Shown: positions 28,690 to 43,721, numbered from the stretch's first letter. The stretch: 64,000 nucleotides of DNA from Eledone cirrhosa (GCA_964016885.1 OZ024754.1:26350001-26414000), one strand, 5' to 3'. The notes: a model not told the origin generated them from the sequence alone. Translations and numbers: made by a program.

Positions 28690-30220
28690 TCTAGGGGTGT
28701 GTAAAGGACGGGGTATTAGAGAAATTGGGGAGGTGAGTTGAGTCCAAGAAGGGAATAGGACCCAAGGCGGTGAATCAGACTCTGTTCAGTCCTGGTGCGC
28801 GACGCCTGTGATCCATGATGTAAAAGGGCACCCAGGACTGAAACATGTTGGGAAGAATGATCAGGAGAACAGAAATGACGGGCGACAGGAGTATCCAAAC
28901 CGAGTCGTATGTCCCTCAAATGCTCGGCAAAACGATCCGCCGTACGGCGTCCCGTTTGTCCGATGTATAAAGACTCGCAAAGGGAACACCGGAGGACATA
29001 AAAAACATGGGTGGATGTGCAGGTGAACGAGTGGCGGATACGGAAAGACCTGTTAGGGCTTGTAAGAGTTGTAATGGTGGAAATGAAGGGGCAAGTGTTG
29101 CAGCGGGAAGGGGAACAAGGATGAGAGCTGGGTGGAGTCGTGGGAGAGGACGAGAAGGAACTGCGAACCAGGAGGTCGCGGAGGTTGCGGGCGCGCTTAA
29201 AAGCAGTAATGGGTGGGTTTGGAAACAAACCCGCTGACAAAGGTAGCGCTATGGTGGTTCGGAGCGCTGACCTCTATAGGGCTGAGGCTCTCCGCCGGCT
29301 TCACAATACCCTTTTTTACCGCCCTTTATCCTCTGACCCCACTCCTGGCTATCAACAACTCGTGTCCTCCACCATCCACGAGCTCATCTCCTCTCTCCTA
29401 CCCCACACAGCCACAAACCTTATTGTACGCACCCCTCGCACATCCACCATCTACTTCCTCCCCAAAATACACAAACAAAATAATCCTGGACGTCCTATCG
29501 TTTCTGCGTGCAACTGCCCCACCGAGAGAATTTCTGAATATTTAGACACCATCCTCGCCCCGTTGGTCGGCAATCTCCCCTCCTACATCCACGATACAAA
29601 TGCCTTAGACTCTCCAACTCCTTCTCCTTCCCTCCTGGTCCCTCTCACCTTCTCTTTACCCTGGACATCACTACTCTCTGTACCGTCATTCCTCATGATG
29701 ACGGCCTCCGCGCTCTCCAGCATTTTTTAGATTTACGCCCTACCGCTGACCCCAGCACTACCACTTTTCTCCGTCTGGCTGAGCTTGTTCTCACCCTCAG
29801 TGGCTTTTATTTTTCGGGTGATTTCTATCAGCAGGTCTCTGGGGGTAGCGATGGGAACCAGAATAGGTCCAACCACCTTAACCCCTCCGCCCCCGCCTCT
29901 TTAACTACCTCACGTCCCTGCACTCTAGTCACCATACCCCAGGACCTACAACTCTCCGAAGCTGAGAGCTCCCTCCTCGTCCGTGGTTTGCGTTTTATAC
30001 CAACCGACGAGTTCCGCACACGTGCCGATATTGAAGAGTTCTTCATTTTGTCCAATTCCAACTCGCCCGTTCCCTCAATCTATCTTATTTCTCATTCTTT
30101 CTTCTGATGAAGGACTAGCCTCTGAAAGGTTAAGATCCTCTTCCTCCTATATCAAGCGTTAACCTAATATATCCCTTCTATATACTATACCGATTGTGTT
30201 GTTATTTCTGTTTACCTTTT
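28690..30220. mobile_element. Rearranged Neptune-type Penelope-like element
   Basis: GIY-YIG on minus 28716-29240 (CxxxRCxTC, YIGQTGR, RFAEH). RT on plus 29228-29870 (KPADKG, LPKIHK, GRPIVS, GVAMGT). N-terminal piece 29920-30050. Degenerate HHR at 30099-30135. Confidence 0.85.
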
Positions 30221-30444
30221 ACATACATATATATACATATTTACATTCAGATGCGGTCAAAATACCAAAAGAAAGTATGCATAAACTTATGAACATATAT
30301 AGATTTCCGTGTGTCTGTTTTATCGTATATCTATATAAATCACTTTGAGTTGTTTCAAGCTTTCAAACTTAATATCTTTCCCAATGTAGCGTTCTGGGGC
30401 TATTTTTACTACGTTACTCTCTCTCTCTTTCTCACACACATATC

Positions 30445-30476
<32 letters not shown>

Positions 30477-31090
30477 TATATATTTATATATACACATACA
30501 CACACACATACACATTCATGCATCTTTTCATATAACCTGTATATCTCGAGAAGTTAATGTAATATTTGGAAATAAATACGTGTGAATTTACTCATATTTT
30601 ATAAACCACCTTATTTTAGATATTTCCAAGCAACATAAGCTGGGTATGAGGTCCTAGTAATAAAATTACTTTTAACACGCATACACATGCATATACACGC
30701 ACACACACACACATACACACGCATACAAACGCTCAAGCGCATACACACGCATACAAACGCATACGCACGCATGCAGACAAACAAACACACACGCATACAC
30801 ACACACACACACGCGCACACACACACATGCACAATTTTATATATACATAAATGTATATACGCATGTCTGTGCTGTACATATACGCGTACATACACACACA
30901 CACACACATATATATATATAATGTATAGACACATACAACACACATCCGCACTTCCACATGTATACATATATATTTCTCTAATGAAGAAATGTTATATCTT
31001 ATTTTGGCAAATTCCACAGACGAAGAAGTATAATGATATTTGTATTGAAAGAACAAATATACACGACCGAAGAATATGATGTTGAAGGTA

Positions 31091-31804
<714 letters not shown>

Positions 31805-31876
31805 ATGTATGTATGTATGTATGTATGTATGTATGTATGTATGTATGTATGTATGTATGTATGTATGTATGTATGT
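31805..31876. repeat. (ATGT)n microsatellite
   Basis: Perfect array between the RLE fragment and the RTE. Confidence 0.95.
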
Positions 31877-34234
31877 GCTCTGTCACGCTACTTGACGGCA
31901 AAACCACAGGAGAGGAATACGTTGCATGAGGAACTCAAGGATGTAAAATCACGTGTTAGGCGGAGTCTTTCTCAGATGAAGGATCAGTGGTGGAGTGAGA
32001 AGGCTGGTGAGTTACAAACTGCGTCAATTCCAATAACACAAAGCTGTTGTACAGTCTCTTGCGTGAGGTTTATGGACCGTCTTCTTCTCTGGTGACACCG
32101 CTTCGCAGCAAGGATGGCAAAGAACTTCTTCGTGACTCACAAGGAATTCTACGAAGGTGGCGAGAGCACTTTGATGATCTTTTGAATCAGCCGTCTGTCG
32201 TCAGTGAAGATTTCCTCAATCTCATTCCAGAAAGTCCTGTAAAAGTAGCTCTCGCAGAACCTCCGACGCTTGTGGAGGTTGCAGTGGCTATTTCGAAGCT
32301 GAACAGTGGAAGGTCTCCAGGTATGGATGGCATACATGCTGAGCTCCTACAATATGGTGGTGAGAGACTCCTGCAACATCTTCACTCTTTGTTTGGCGGG
32401 ATATGGGCTAATGAATCCGAACCTGAGGACTGGAGAGATGCAGTAATGGTGGTCTTGTACAAGGGAAAGGGTAACAGGAATGATTGTGGGAATTAGAGAG
32501 GTATATCATTGCTTTCTGTCGTAGGGAAAGTTTTATGTAGGGTGCTTCTGGACCGTCTGCTGACACACATTACAGATTGTGTTCTTCTGAAAGTCAATCT
32601 GGTTTTCGTGCTGGACGCGGCACTACTGATATGATCTTCTCAGCTAGACAGCTCGAGGAGAGGTGCATGGAACAAGGTTTGGATCTGTATCAGGTTTTTG
32701 TCGATCTGACAAAAGCTTTCGATACTGTTAACAGAGATGCATTATGGAAGGTTCTCCAGAAAATTGGTTGCCCTGATAAGTTCCTTGCTTTAGTTAGGTC
32801 TTTCCATGATGACATGAAGGCTTGGGTTAATGTCGGAGGTAACATGTCGGAGCCTATCTCAGTAAAAAATGGAGTGAAACAGGGGGATATTCCAGCACCG
32901 ACCTTGTTTGCCATATACTTTGCAATGGTTTTCTGTATTGCATTCAGGAATTGCGAGCATGGTGTTTACATCCACTATCGAACCTCAGGCAGCATATTTA
33001 ACATCAGGCGCTTTGCTGCAAAGACAAAAGTATTTACATCAATCATAAGAGACCTCTTGTATGCAGATGATTGCAATCTTGTAGCGCACACAGAGAGTGA
33101 TATGCAGCACATTTTGAATGCATTTTCTGACGCTTGCACTGCCCTAGGATTGACTGTCAGTCTCAAGAAAACCGTCGTCATGTACCAACCTGCCCCTGGT
33201 AAGCGGTATACTGAACCAAATATCTATGTGTATGGTAAACGACTTGGAGTAGTTGATCAGTTTGTCTACCTGGGAAGCACTGTCAATCGATACAGCAACC
33301 TTGACAGTGAAATCTCACTTAGGATTAGGAAAGCAAGTGATGCTTTCGGAAAGCTAGAAAGGCGACTCTGGGGTCGGCGAGACATATGCAGGAGGACAAA
33401 GGTAAAGGTGTACAAGGCATGTGTGCTCTCTTGTCTTCTATATGCCTGCGAGACCTGGGTCACATATCGACACCACCTTAAGCAATTGGAGCGTTTCCAT
33501 CAGATGTGTCTCATACGGATCCATGGCGTTCACTGGAGGGACCACATCAGTGATGTCAAGATTTTGGAAAGCTCTATGTGTGACAGTATAGAAGCTCTTG
33601 TGCTTAAGCTACGACTCCGTTGGAGTGGTCACCTTGCCAGGATGAAGGATTCTAGAATACCAAAACAACTCTTTTATGGAGAGTTGGTTAAAGGAAAATG
33701 ACCGCCACATAAACCAAAAAAGAGGTATAAGGATTCCTTGAAAGCCTCTTTGAAAGACGCTAACATCTCTGCTGATACATGGGAAAATATTGCTGCTGAT
33801 CGTAATAAATGGAGAAAGACTGTATATGAGGGGAAAGTTGCCTTTGAGGCATCTCGAATCGCATACGAGAAAGTAAAGCGGGATGTGAGGAAGGGCAGAC
33901 GGCGAGGGTCCTCCTATGGTGCTGACATGCAGCGTATGTGCGAGACTCTGCCTAAGCAAAGCTGGACTCGAAAGTCATCTTCGCAGTCATAAAGTAAGAC
34001 CAGCGGTTGACTACCAGGTTGCTGCTGGAGATGTTGCTCGTCATGCTTGCCAAACATGTGGTAGAGAATGTAAATCAGCAGGAGGGCTCAAACGACATGC
34101 AAAAGTACATGAACTCCAACCACAGCCGACTATTCCCAGTGAATGTTTTGGTTGCCGACTCTGTGCAAGACATTTTAGATCATTGGCTGGGCTAAAAAGC
34201 CACATTCGATCGATCGCAGCGCTGTTAGTTGCTA

Positions 34235-34274
<40 letters not shown>

Positions 34275-34295
34275 GCTTATGTGTGTGTGTGTGTA
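31877..34295 (+). mobile_element. RTE-clade LINE, second copy of the 0.65-2.6 kb family
   Basis: Highly similar to 649-2640 from 32289 onward. Has YADD, stops and frameshifts, three C2H2 motifs and the same (GT)n end. Confidence 0.92.
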
Positions 34296-35271
34296 TATAT
34301 AGTACCAGTGACCACACGGGTCACGTTCATTTCAAAATATTAAAAAAAAATAATTTTTAGATAATTAAAATATACACAGACATGTATATATGAAATGAAA
34401 CTGGAAGGCCCATATATATATACGTGTGTCTATGTACATATATAAATGTGTGTGTTTGTATACATATATGTATGTGTGCGTGTATATATATATATATGTG
34501 GGTGTCTGTGATTTATATACATTGGTCATAGACACACACACACATATACATATATATATATATATCATAAATCATGTCTTTAGAATTATTAGATAAAATA
34601 TATGCCATTTCCTCTCCCAATTACCATAATTAACCATATAAAAAATCAATTAGACCAAGCTATAAGAATAAAGGCTTCTCTGAAGAAATTTCCGACAAAT
34701 AACCGAAAGTGGCCTCTTCGCAGTGGCCCCAATAGAGTATTTATCCAACATATCAACAGCATGTAGAAACTGACTAAATATACCGTCAACCATACACAAT
34801 TAGGTGTGAATTCAAACTTAGAAGAAATGTGTACATACCGTAATTATATCTCTACCATGGTTTCATCCGTATTTTTAGACATCCAATTAACAGGATATGT
34901 CCAGAGTATCGGATTCATTTAGTTTTCCAAAGTGATCGCGCCAAAAATAGATTCAAAAATGGCTAAGAATCGTGACGTGGCAGTGGTCAAGTTAGAAAGA
35001 ATGTGATCAGTTGCTTACGGCGGATAGGCTTGTTGCTAGAAAGCGCAGCCCAATATCGCCCAATTGTATCTCAACCTAACGGGAGATTATTAAATATAAA
35101 GGTTTACATATACATAAAGTCATAGATATATATGTTGCAACCGGTCACGTTGTGGCTCAATGAAGAATTAATAAATTAAATAATCAGAGCAATATATCAT
35201 AAATCATGTCCTTAGAATTATTAGATAAAATATATACCTGCCGATTGACTTTATGTATATGTAAACCTTTA

Positions 35272-35333
<62 letters not shown>

Positions 35334-35807
35334 TATATATACACAACAACACCACCAGCTCCATTCTCCTTCTCTGTCTCCTCTCCCCCTCTCTATGTCT
35401 CTCTCTTTCAATCTACTCTCTCACAACCATATCTCTTTCTCTCTATCCTTCTCTTTCTCTCTCTGCTTATGAAGGTACCCAGAAAACCCCATATCTCGGG
35501 AACATTTGCTTCGATTTACACGGAACTTATTTTATTCCTTTTGTATTCCCATTTCAGGGTCAACTTCCTTTGAAAGTATTTCCCATTATGCGCCCTTTTA
35601 TCTGTATTACATTACAGACAAGCAGGCAAGCAGGCAAGCAAGCAAGCAAGCAATCGCAGACTTTTAGTATTATATATATTTCCTTCTCCGTAACACAACG
35701 ACTTACTAATATAAGTAAACAAATCTACTATCCCTGATGTCTTCCAAAAGTAACGGTTGCATTTTGAAAGGGTATGTCAATATTTATTTATAAAACTGGT
35801 ATATATT

Positions 35808-35873
35808 GTATTTTGTCTGATGAAAGCATACCATAATTTAACATGGTATCCTTGAAATATGTATAATAGAATA
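35808..35873 (+). ncRNA. Hammerhead ribozyme in a solo pLTR fragment (35772-35915)
   Basis: gtattttgt-CTGATGA-aagcataccataatttaacatggtatcctt-GAAA-tatgta-TA-atagaata. Confidence 0.7.
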
Positions 35874-35912
35874 GATATGGTTTTATAAATATAGTTTCCA
35901 TTTGTTAATATC

Positions 35913-35974
<62 letters not shown>

Positions 35975-35975
<1 letters not shown>

Positions 35976-36255
35976 CACATATTCTTGAGAGGGTCGAGGC
36001 GGCAGAGTCCTCAAACACTTTTCCCGTGGGTCCTGTCAAAAGCAACCGTCTCCAACTGATCCTGCTGGATCCCCAAGCGGGACCAACCAAGTTCCTTGTT
36101 GTTATCCAATCATCTTTCTCAGGGCCTACCCCTGGGTCTCCTGCCGATAATGTGTCCAGCGATTCTTTCCAGAGACATTCTAACCACATGACCATAGTGT
36201 CGGAGGTGTGATCTCTCAATTCTTTTGGTCATTACCCAAGATTCATGACCATAGG

Positions 36256-36256
<1 letters not shown>
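35975..36256 (-). pseudogene. Degraded RTE-like LINE 3' fragment
   Basis: YGHESWVMT, LRHYGHVVRM, GRRPRGRP. Confidence 0.7.
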
Positions 36257-36300
<44 letters not shown>

Positions 36301-36321
36301 CCATCCCCCTATATAATCCAC

Positions 36322-36397
<76 letters not shown>

Positions 36398-36440
36398 ACA
36401 TCCATCCATCCATCCATCCATCTCTCTCTCTCTGCTTCGC

Positions 36441-36486
<46 letters not shown>

Positions 36487-39400
36487 GAGGCCCGGATCAG
36501 CAACGTGCGACAGCTGGCCCCCACCTTTGATGGCTTTGAGATGCATGCATCTCTCTGTCAGCCCGGAGGTGGGGGTGGAATTATCGTTCTGCTGCAAAAC
36601 CATCTGGGTCTCGCAACACAGATGGTACATTTGGACCCGGAGGGTCGACTAGTGGTTCTGGACCTTGGCAGTGGTAAAGGCGGAGCGTTTAGGTTGGTAG
36701 CCGCCTATGGCCCTTTCGGGTCAATGCGGCCGGACTTCTTCCATCGTCTGGAGACTTTTCTAGGGACGTCCCGCTCCTTGCTATTAGTGGGGGACTGGAA
36801 TGGTATCCTAGATGCACGCTGGGACTACGTAGGGGCCTGTCCCGATAGAGAGGCGTGTAATAGCCTCAAAGGGTTAATCGGTCGATTTGACCTGGCCGAT
36901 AGATATCGACTAGATTTTCCGACTGCGCCAACCTGGACTTGGGCAAATCGTAGCGGATCATCTAGGTCGTACCTAGATAGGTTCTTAGTCAGAATTAAGG
37001 ATAAGGACTTTTTAAGTTGTCCAAAAATGCGCATGGTTGGCTATTCAGGTCACAAGTTAGTGACCTGCATGATCAACCTTGACAGAACTCATAGACAGGG
37101 ACCCGGTTACTGGAAGCTCAACTTGTACTTACCAGCAAGTAAGGCTTACAGGGACCGGATTAGCACTTTAGTTAAGGAGCGGTTGACGGGCGCCATCGTC
37201 AACAGCAGGTGGTGGGGATCTCTCAAAAGAGAGATTAGAGTAGTCTCTATAGAATTTAGTAAGGAGTTAGCCTCCAATAGAAATAGGAAGGAAAGGGAGT
37301 TGGTAGATAGTGTAGAAGAGGCAATTAGAAGCGGCGACGTGGCCAGAGTGCTAGCGTCGAGAACGGCCCTGGGCAAGTTCTTCGACGCGAAACACGAAGG
37401 CTGCATCGTCCGAAGCAAAATACGTGCTCTGGGAAACGAGGGGTCCAAAGCTGTTAGCTGGGCCCGCGTGACAGAAGCCAAAAGAGGGAGCAGATCCACT
37501 ATCCGGTCTTTGCGAGACCAGGATGGACGGGTGATCCTTGAACCTAAGCAGATGTGCGAGGCTTTTCAAAAGCACTTTGCCGGATTGTTCGGAAGGGGCG
37601 GGGGGCCGGTTGGGGACGTGGACTTCGGTCCATACCTCGACGGCCTGCCGCGTCTCTCGGACAGGGAGGCGAAGTCCTGCGAGGAGCCGATTTCAGCCGC
37701 TGAGATAGAGGACGTGCTGAGCCAATGTGGCAAACGCAAATCCCCGGGTCTCGATGGTCTTCCATACGAACTATATCTAGCTATGCCGGACTTGTTCCCA
37801 GATCTCCTCGAGGCGGTCTACTGCAACTGGCAACAGAACGGGAGAATTCCCTGTGCTGTGACCAAGGGCGTAGTCACGCTAGTGAGGAAGGACGAGAACA
37901 AGGGGGACGATATAAATAATTTCAGGCCCATAACTCTGCTAAATACAGAGTTACAGATTTTGGCCAAGGTGCTAGCAAAGAGGTTGGCGCTTGTCGTGGG
38001 CAACCTGGTGGGAGAGGCGCAGACATGTGCTATCCCGTCCAGGTCCATCCACGATAACCTCCACCTCATGCGATACATCATAGAGAGGGTTGGGAACGAA
38101 CCCGGCTTTGGTGGGGCTCTGATCAACTTGGATCAATCTAAGGCATTCGATAGGGTCGACCATGGTTACCTGGATGCGGTGCTAGCGGCGGCAGGCTTCG
38201 GACCCGTTTTCAGGGGCTGGATCAATGCCATGCACAGCAGCCGCATCTGCTCTAGGGTCAAGGTGAACGGCTACCTCTCGGAGCCGTTCGAAATCGCGCG
38301 GTCCATCCGACAGGGGTGCCCTCTCTCCTCCCTTCTGTATGTAATGACTCTATAGCCACTGCTGCGGAAGTTGGAATTGTTGCAGGGCATCCCGTTGGAA
38401 CCGGGATTGCGGAAAGCGGTGTCAGCCTACGCCGATGACGTAACAGTAATGGTGTCGACGGCCTCGGAAATCGGGGCGATTGGCACCTTACTGAACCGGG
38501 ACAAGTCGATCGGTCTGCAACTCGGCACGTGGAGGGGCAGATCGATGCCCTCCGATGGCGTCGTCGGGCGCTGGACGGAGGGCCCGGTGAAGTTGCTCGG
38601 GGTCTGGTTCGGACCAGACCTCCAGGTGGAGAAGAACTGGGGTGAGGTGACGAACAGGGTGTTTGCACTGACCCAGAAGTGGGCCGAGTGCAAACTGTCC
38701 CTGAAAGGTCGGGCGGAGGTGGCGAACACTTATATAGCGTCCGTCATCTACTACCGCCTGACCGTTGTGCCTTGCCCAAGGGAAACGCTCGCCAAAATGG
38801 AGCGCGCACTCTTCCAATTCCTTTGGAAGAAGCGGGCTCCTATGGTGAGGAGATCCATCTGCTGTCAACACCCTTCGAAAGGAGGGCTGGGGTTGCCGTG
38901 GCTAATGATACGTAAACACGCATTAAGGCTACGGCACCTTCAGGTATTCCTCTCCGGTCAACCGGTGTGGGCCCCGTTTGTGAGGCGAGCCTTTCCCAGA
39001 CTCGTCTCACTCACCGAGCTGCAATCCTGGGTCAAGCAAAGACCGAGAAAACTGGGCGCCTGGCACACCGAGTGTGCCCAGGCGCTCACGGCTCTCTGGC
39101 AGGCGGACCCGGCTGTCAGTGGAGAATCTACCTCGTCATTCTATAGAGGGCTGGTGGTTAGCAGGTGCGACGACGCCCTCGGAGAAGCCCTAGGCATGGA
39201 GGAAGACGAACTGGCCAACCTGTTCGGTAGGACATTCAGCCCGGGGCCCATGGATAACTTCCAGAGGTCCCTGGCTTGGCAATGCTACAGAAGGCTCTGC
39301 CCGTTCGAGAAAGGCTCTACAGACACGGGCGGCCGGGTAGGGACCCATCGAAAAAGATCTGTCCCAGATGCGTGTGCGACGAGGAAACCGTTGCACACGC

Positions 39401-40040
39401 ATTGCTACACTGCTCGGGCATTGCCGATCTGTGGGGCTATGTCGAACAACTGCTGTCAAGGGTGGGACCGATCCGGTTGACCACCGAGTCTATTGTAACG
39501 ATCAAGCGGCCTCCCCTCTTCAAAAACGAAGGAGAGGCGGTGTTTCTGTGCGTAATAGCCATGGCGAAAGAGGTTGTATGGTGGACGCGTCTGAAAGGAC
39601 TGAGGTCAGACACCTTTCTCTCTGGCCAACAACTGGTCCGTTTCTTCCGATATCATTTCGGAAGAAGGATCAGGATGGAGAGAGAGGTGCTGCACCCCAG
39701 CCGTTTCTATGAAAGATGGGTGAAAGTGGCGAGAATGGCCCGTGTGAATGGGCCTTCACTCTACATCAGACTATAGGTGAGGAAGATGAAAGACCAAGGG
39801 AGCACCCCTTCTCTGTGCTCCCGAGGAGAAGGGTTGCACACTTTTTTCGGGGGTGTGTGCGACCCCCCAAGGCGCCTCCTCTCTATTGAGGACTTTGTTA
39901 TAAATTTTATTTTTTGTTATATTTTATTTTACTTTTATATATTGTTATTGCCTCCTCCTTATTGAGGACGCCTTGTTTTGTAAACTCCCCCCATTGTACT
40001 TGTCCCACTTTTGATGCCCTGGTGGCAAATAAAAGAAACA
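36487..40040 (+). mobile_element. Tx1/L1-clade LINE ORF2, slightly 5'-truncated, flanked by (ATCT)n on both sides
   Basis: APE motifs GDWN and YLDRF. RT motifs KSPGLDGL, DQSKAFDRV, RQGCPLS, YADD. C-terminal CPRC..H..C knuckle. AATAAA at 40028. Stop at 38353 and a frameshift near 39290. Confidence 0.92.
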
Positions 40041-40091
<51 letters not shown>

Positions 40092-41755
40092 TTATATTTA
40101 TATTCATATTTAGGTTATAGTTATTTAAAATGTTGCATGAATGTTTGAAACTATAGCGACAGATAATATGATTAACTCATAATGCCACATACGGATTATT
40201 TTACAAAAAAGGGAGAAAAATATAAACTATGCGTAATTTAGGGCTATGAGAAATGTCATTGTTTTAAGAAGAACATTATTTAAAAGATTATTCGTGAAAT
40301 ATTGTATGATTTAACAAACACCACATTGACACTTTGACACATGAAAACGTCAAGCCTTTCACAATACTGAACTTTTATTTCAATTAGATTATACAGTACT
40401 TGCAGTAATAACATTAATTAACGATAGTAAAGAAAAGGAAAAGGTAGGTGCAGATTCAATACACCTAACTTAGCTGCGCCCCTGCGGATACAATGTCGAG
40501 AATAGCCTGTAGTACCCGTTGTACTTCACCTCACAGGACTGTAATCAGACGAGATGCACCCCTGCCTCAATTTTGCGTAGGAAAATGGCAATTCGGGAAT
40601 CGAGCATACTAGATGTCCTGACGATGACTGATTCTAAAAAGAAGCGGTCAGTTAAGCCCATATATCTTCCGCTCCTCTGTATTACGGACAGCATTGTCCG
40701 GATTTGTGGCTGAATGTGTCGCAGCATAAGGCGTCCTAAAATTAAAAAGCCCAGCAGAGGTCACAAATAAATTCCTACGGCTATCGCTAGTGGAGACCCA
40801 TACTGCAGGGAGCCCGGGGCAATTGCCCCTTTTGGCCCCCATTAAATCTAGCATTAAATCCTGCACACTACCCCAGCAATACGCCACATGATGCATTGAT
40901 AAGCAAATTTGACGATTAACATTTAATCGGCCAGTGATAAATCGGTCGCAAATTATCTATAAAATTGAATTATGTTTTGTGATATGAAAACTTGTTTATA
41001 ATAAATTGTAGGTAATATTTCATAATTAATCACAATCACTGAGCTTTTATTGGGAAGGGGACAAGTTTCTATTTTTTATTGAACTGTGTCATTTATGAGT
41101 TCAATCATCTGTACACAACACGTCTCACATTATGTATCTACACAAAGGTTTCTGTTTTGTTTAATCATTGTGTAACCTTAACATCAACATATGTAGTCGG
41201 TGTAGTAGTAGTTGTATTGATATAAACACATTACAATTAACCAAACATACATAAAAAGCAATATTTAACATAGCTATTAACATATTTTTTAACTAAAACT
41301 TAATTTATTCATTCTCCTCTACTCATGTGTCATAAGGTCGTGACTCGAAAGAAAGATGGTTGGTATAATGGATTTAATCAACCTAATTAATAATTGAATG
41401 ACTACTTCCGAAGATGATCAAGAATATTGTAGAATATTGATAACGTTTTCAAATTCATTTGAAGAGTTAGCTTTAGGGAAATGGTAAAATGATGATAAGA
41501 AGACATCCCTAGAGGGAAACAATTTAAATGAAACGAAGAAGCAAAAATGTTCGCTGCAATAAAGAATTGGAAGAATATTAAAATTTTGCTCCAAGACATG
41601 ATTCAGTTTTGTGATGAAGAAATTCAAAAGAAATTTTTTTACTTTTTTGAGGAAGCCTTGCTTTGATGTATTTCAGTGCCCCAGTTTTCTCCGCCAAAAG
41701 TTAAAGAGTGATAAACACAGTTGGTAGCATATATGAACATGCAAGAAATGGACTA

Positions 41756-41876
41756 CAGACCTGCCAACCTCTAAAAACCTGAACGGGGAGTAACATGAAA
41801 AAAGTGCCCCAAAACGAGGATAAATGAGGAAAAATGGGGAGACTTTATATAATGACGGGGAGAGTTGACAGGTCTG
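41756..41876. mobile_element. 121-bp MITE with 6-bp target site duplication
   Basis: TIRs cagacctgccaac / gttgacaggtctg; GGACTA on both flanks. Confidence 0.8.
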
Positions 41877-42160
41877 GGACTATGCTCTAAAAATAAAGAA
41901 AGTTTGATATTTCTTTCCTTATAATTTACGAGTTCTTAAATTTGATCATTAAATATATTTTTGTAACAAGAATCATTATTGTTAATTTTGTTTTAGCATA
42001 CATTTAAATAAACATGTAATCAGAATCTTTATAATTTAAAATTAATTCCAAATTTTTCTGTCACCCATCAGTTTCTTTCTCCAGTACACGCACTTATCAA
42101 TGGAAATAAAAGAAACCAATAATGGCTGATGATGAAAACCGATTATTTGGTGCAACTCCA

Positions 42161-42235
<75 letters not shown>

Positions 42236-42237
<2 letters not shown>

Positions 42238-42589
42238 TAAATCTACCAAAATATACGGTAGTGTCCAATCCGTATGAAGAACTCAATGTAATCCAAATAT
42301 CATGAAAAGAGAAGATGCATTCAAAGATTTTCGATAAAAATCATAGGAAAACAGAGTCAAGATAAATTAATAAAAACAATGAAATAAAAACAAAGAACAA
42401 GTTCCTTATATTAAGGACGGCATGTATATGTGAAGGTATGTATATTTCCTCTGATAATTTGTAATATTTTTACATAGATCTATATGATATACATACCAAC
42501 ACACATATAGATCCCAGAAACGATCGTAAAATGATGAATTTTTTAATATAAGGAACTTGTTCTTTGTTTTTATTTCATTGTTTTTATTA

Positions 42590-42590
<1 letters not shown>
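42236..42590. mobile_element. Foldback terminal fragment related to the 12.8-19.4 kb PLE
   Basis: 42236-42412 resembles 12781-12950. The inverted arm carries a long stem II and GAAAcgatcgTA but lacks CUGANGA. Confidence 0.7.
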
Positions 42591-42623
<33 letters not shown>

Positions 42624-42780
42624 ATGCAAAAAGTAAACAGAAATAACAACGCAAACGACACAGTGCGATGAAGAATATACAAGTTTAATGCTTGATATAG
42701 AAGGAAAAGAGTCAAAAGATAGAATGAGAGATAAAATAGGAGGATAGAGAGTGAGAAGAAGAAGGAACGGAAAACATCTT

Positions 42781-43630
42781 TTTTAGAAAAAAACGTGTGT
42801 ATTCAGTCAACAACGGCCCTTGCGATGCTGAGTTCAAATCCCGCCGAGGTCAACTTTGCCTTTTATCCTTACGGGGTCGATAAAATAAAGTACCAGTAAT
42901 GTACTGGATAATTGCTGGTCTTGTGCCAAAAGTAGAAACAATTATATCGATATATAATTGTTTCTACTTTTGGCACAAGGCCAGCAAATTACTCAGTGTA
43001 TTACTGGTACTTTATTTTATCGACCCCGTAAGGATGAAAGGCAAAGTTCACCACGGCGGGATTTGAACTCAATATATATATATAATTGTTTCTACTTTAG
43101 GCACAAGGCCAGCAATTACCCAGTGAATTACTGGTACTGTATTTTATCGACCCCGTAAGGATGAAAGGCAAAGTCAACCTCGGCGGGATTTGAACTCAGA
43201 TCGTAAAGGGACGTAACTATGCTGGAAAGCATGGCGTCCGACCCTTTACCGATACTGCCAATCCACCTCAACATATAAATATATAATGCTGACTGAATAC
43301 ACACGTTTTTTCCTAAAATATATATATATATCACCCGGATGGCTGAAACAGGTAAAAGAGTAAAAGAGTAAAAGAGTATAGTTCACCATACCGAGAACAA
43401 TTGCTTCACCTTAGCGGATCTTCAGCTCAGAATGGGCATGGTTATAGGAACAGGAAGGACAACCGTACGAACGCGCATGCGCAGAAACCCGGTCACTTCA
43501 CACAGGCAATACTAGACTGCCTCCCACCGAGGTTTACTTTGCCTTTCATCCTTACGGGGTCGATAAAATAAAGTACCAGTAATGTACTGGGTATTTGCTG
43601 GCCTTCTGCCAAAAGTAGAAACAATTATAT
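42781..43630. mobile_element. Cluster of family A SINE pieces in both orientations
   Basis: 42826-42945 (+), 42955-43070 (-), 43083-43270 (-) and 43525-43628 (+). Confidence 0.8.
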
Positions 43631-43675
43631 ATATATATATAGTTTAATCTCTAAATATAATATAGTATATATATA

Positions 43676-43721
<46 letters not shown>

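Noticed and set aside
36208-36486. N-terminal extension of the 715-aa ORF
   Set aside because: Read-through of (TA)n and (ATCT)n upstream of the truncated LINE.
40450-41700. Possible host exons or transposase remnant
   Set aside because: Only short ORFs, with no recognisable motif or convincing splice-site pair.
42114-42150. CTGATGAtGAAA flanked by complementary strands
   Set aside because: No stem II or cleavage triplet.
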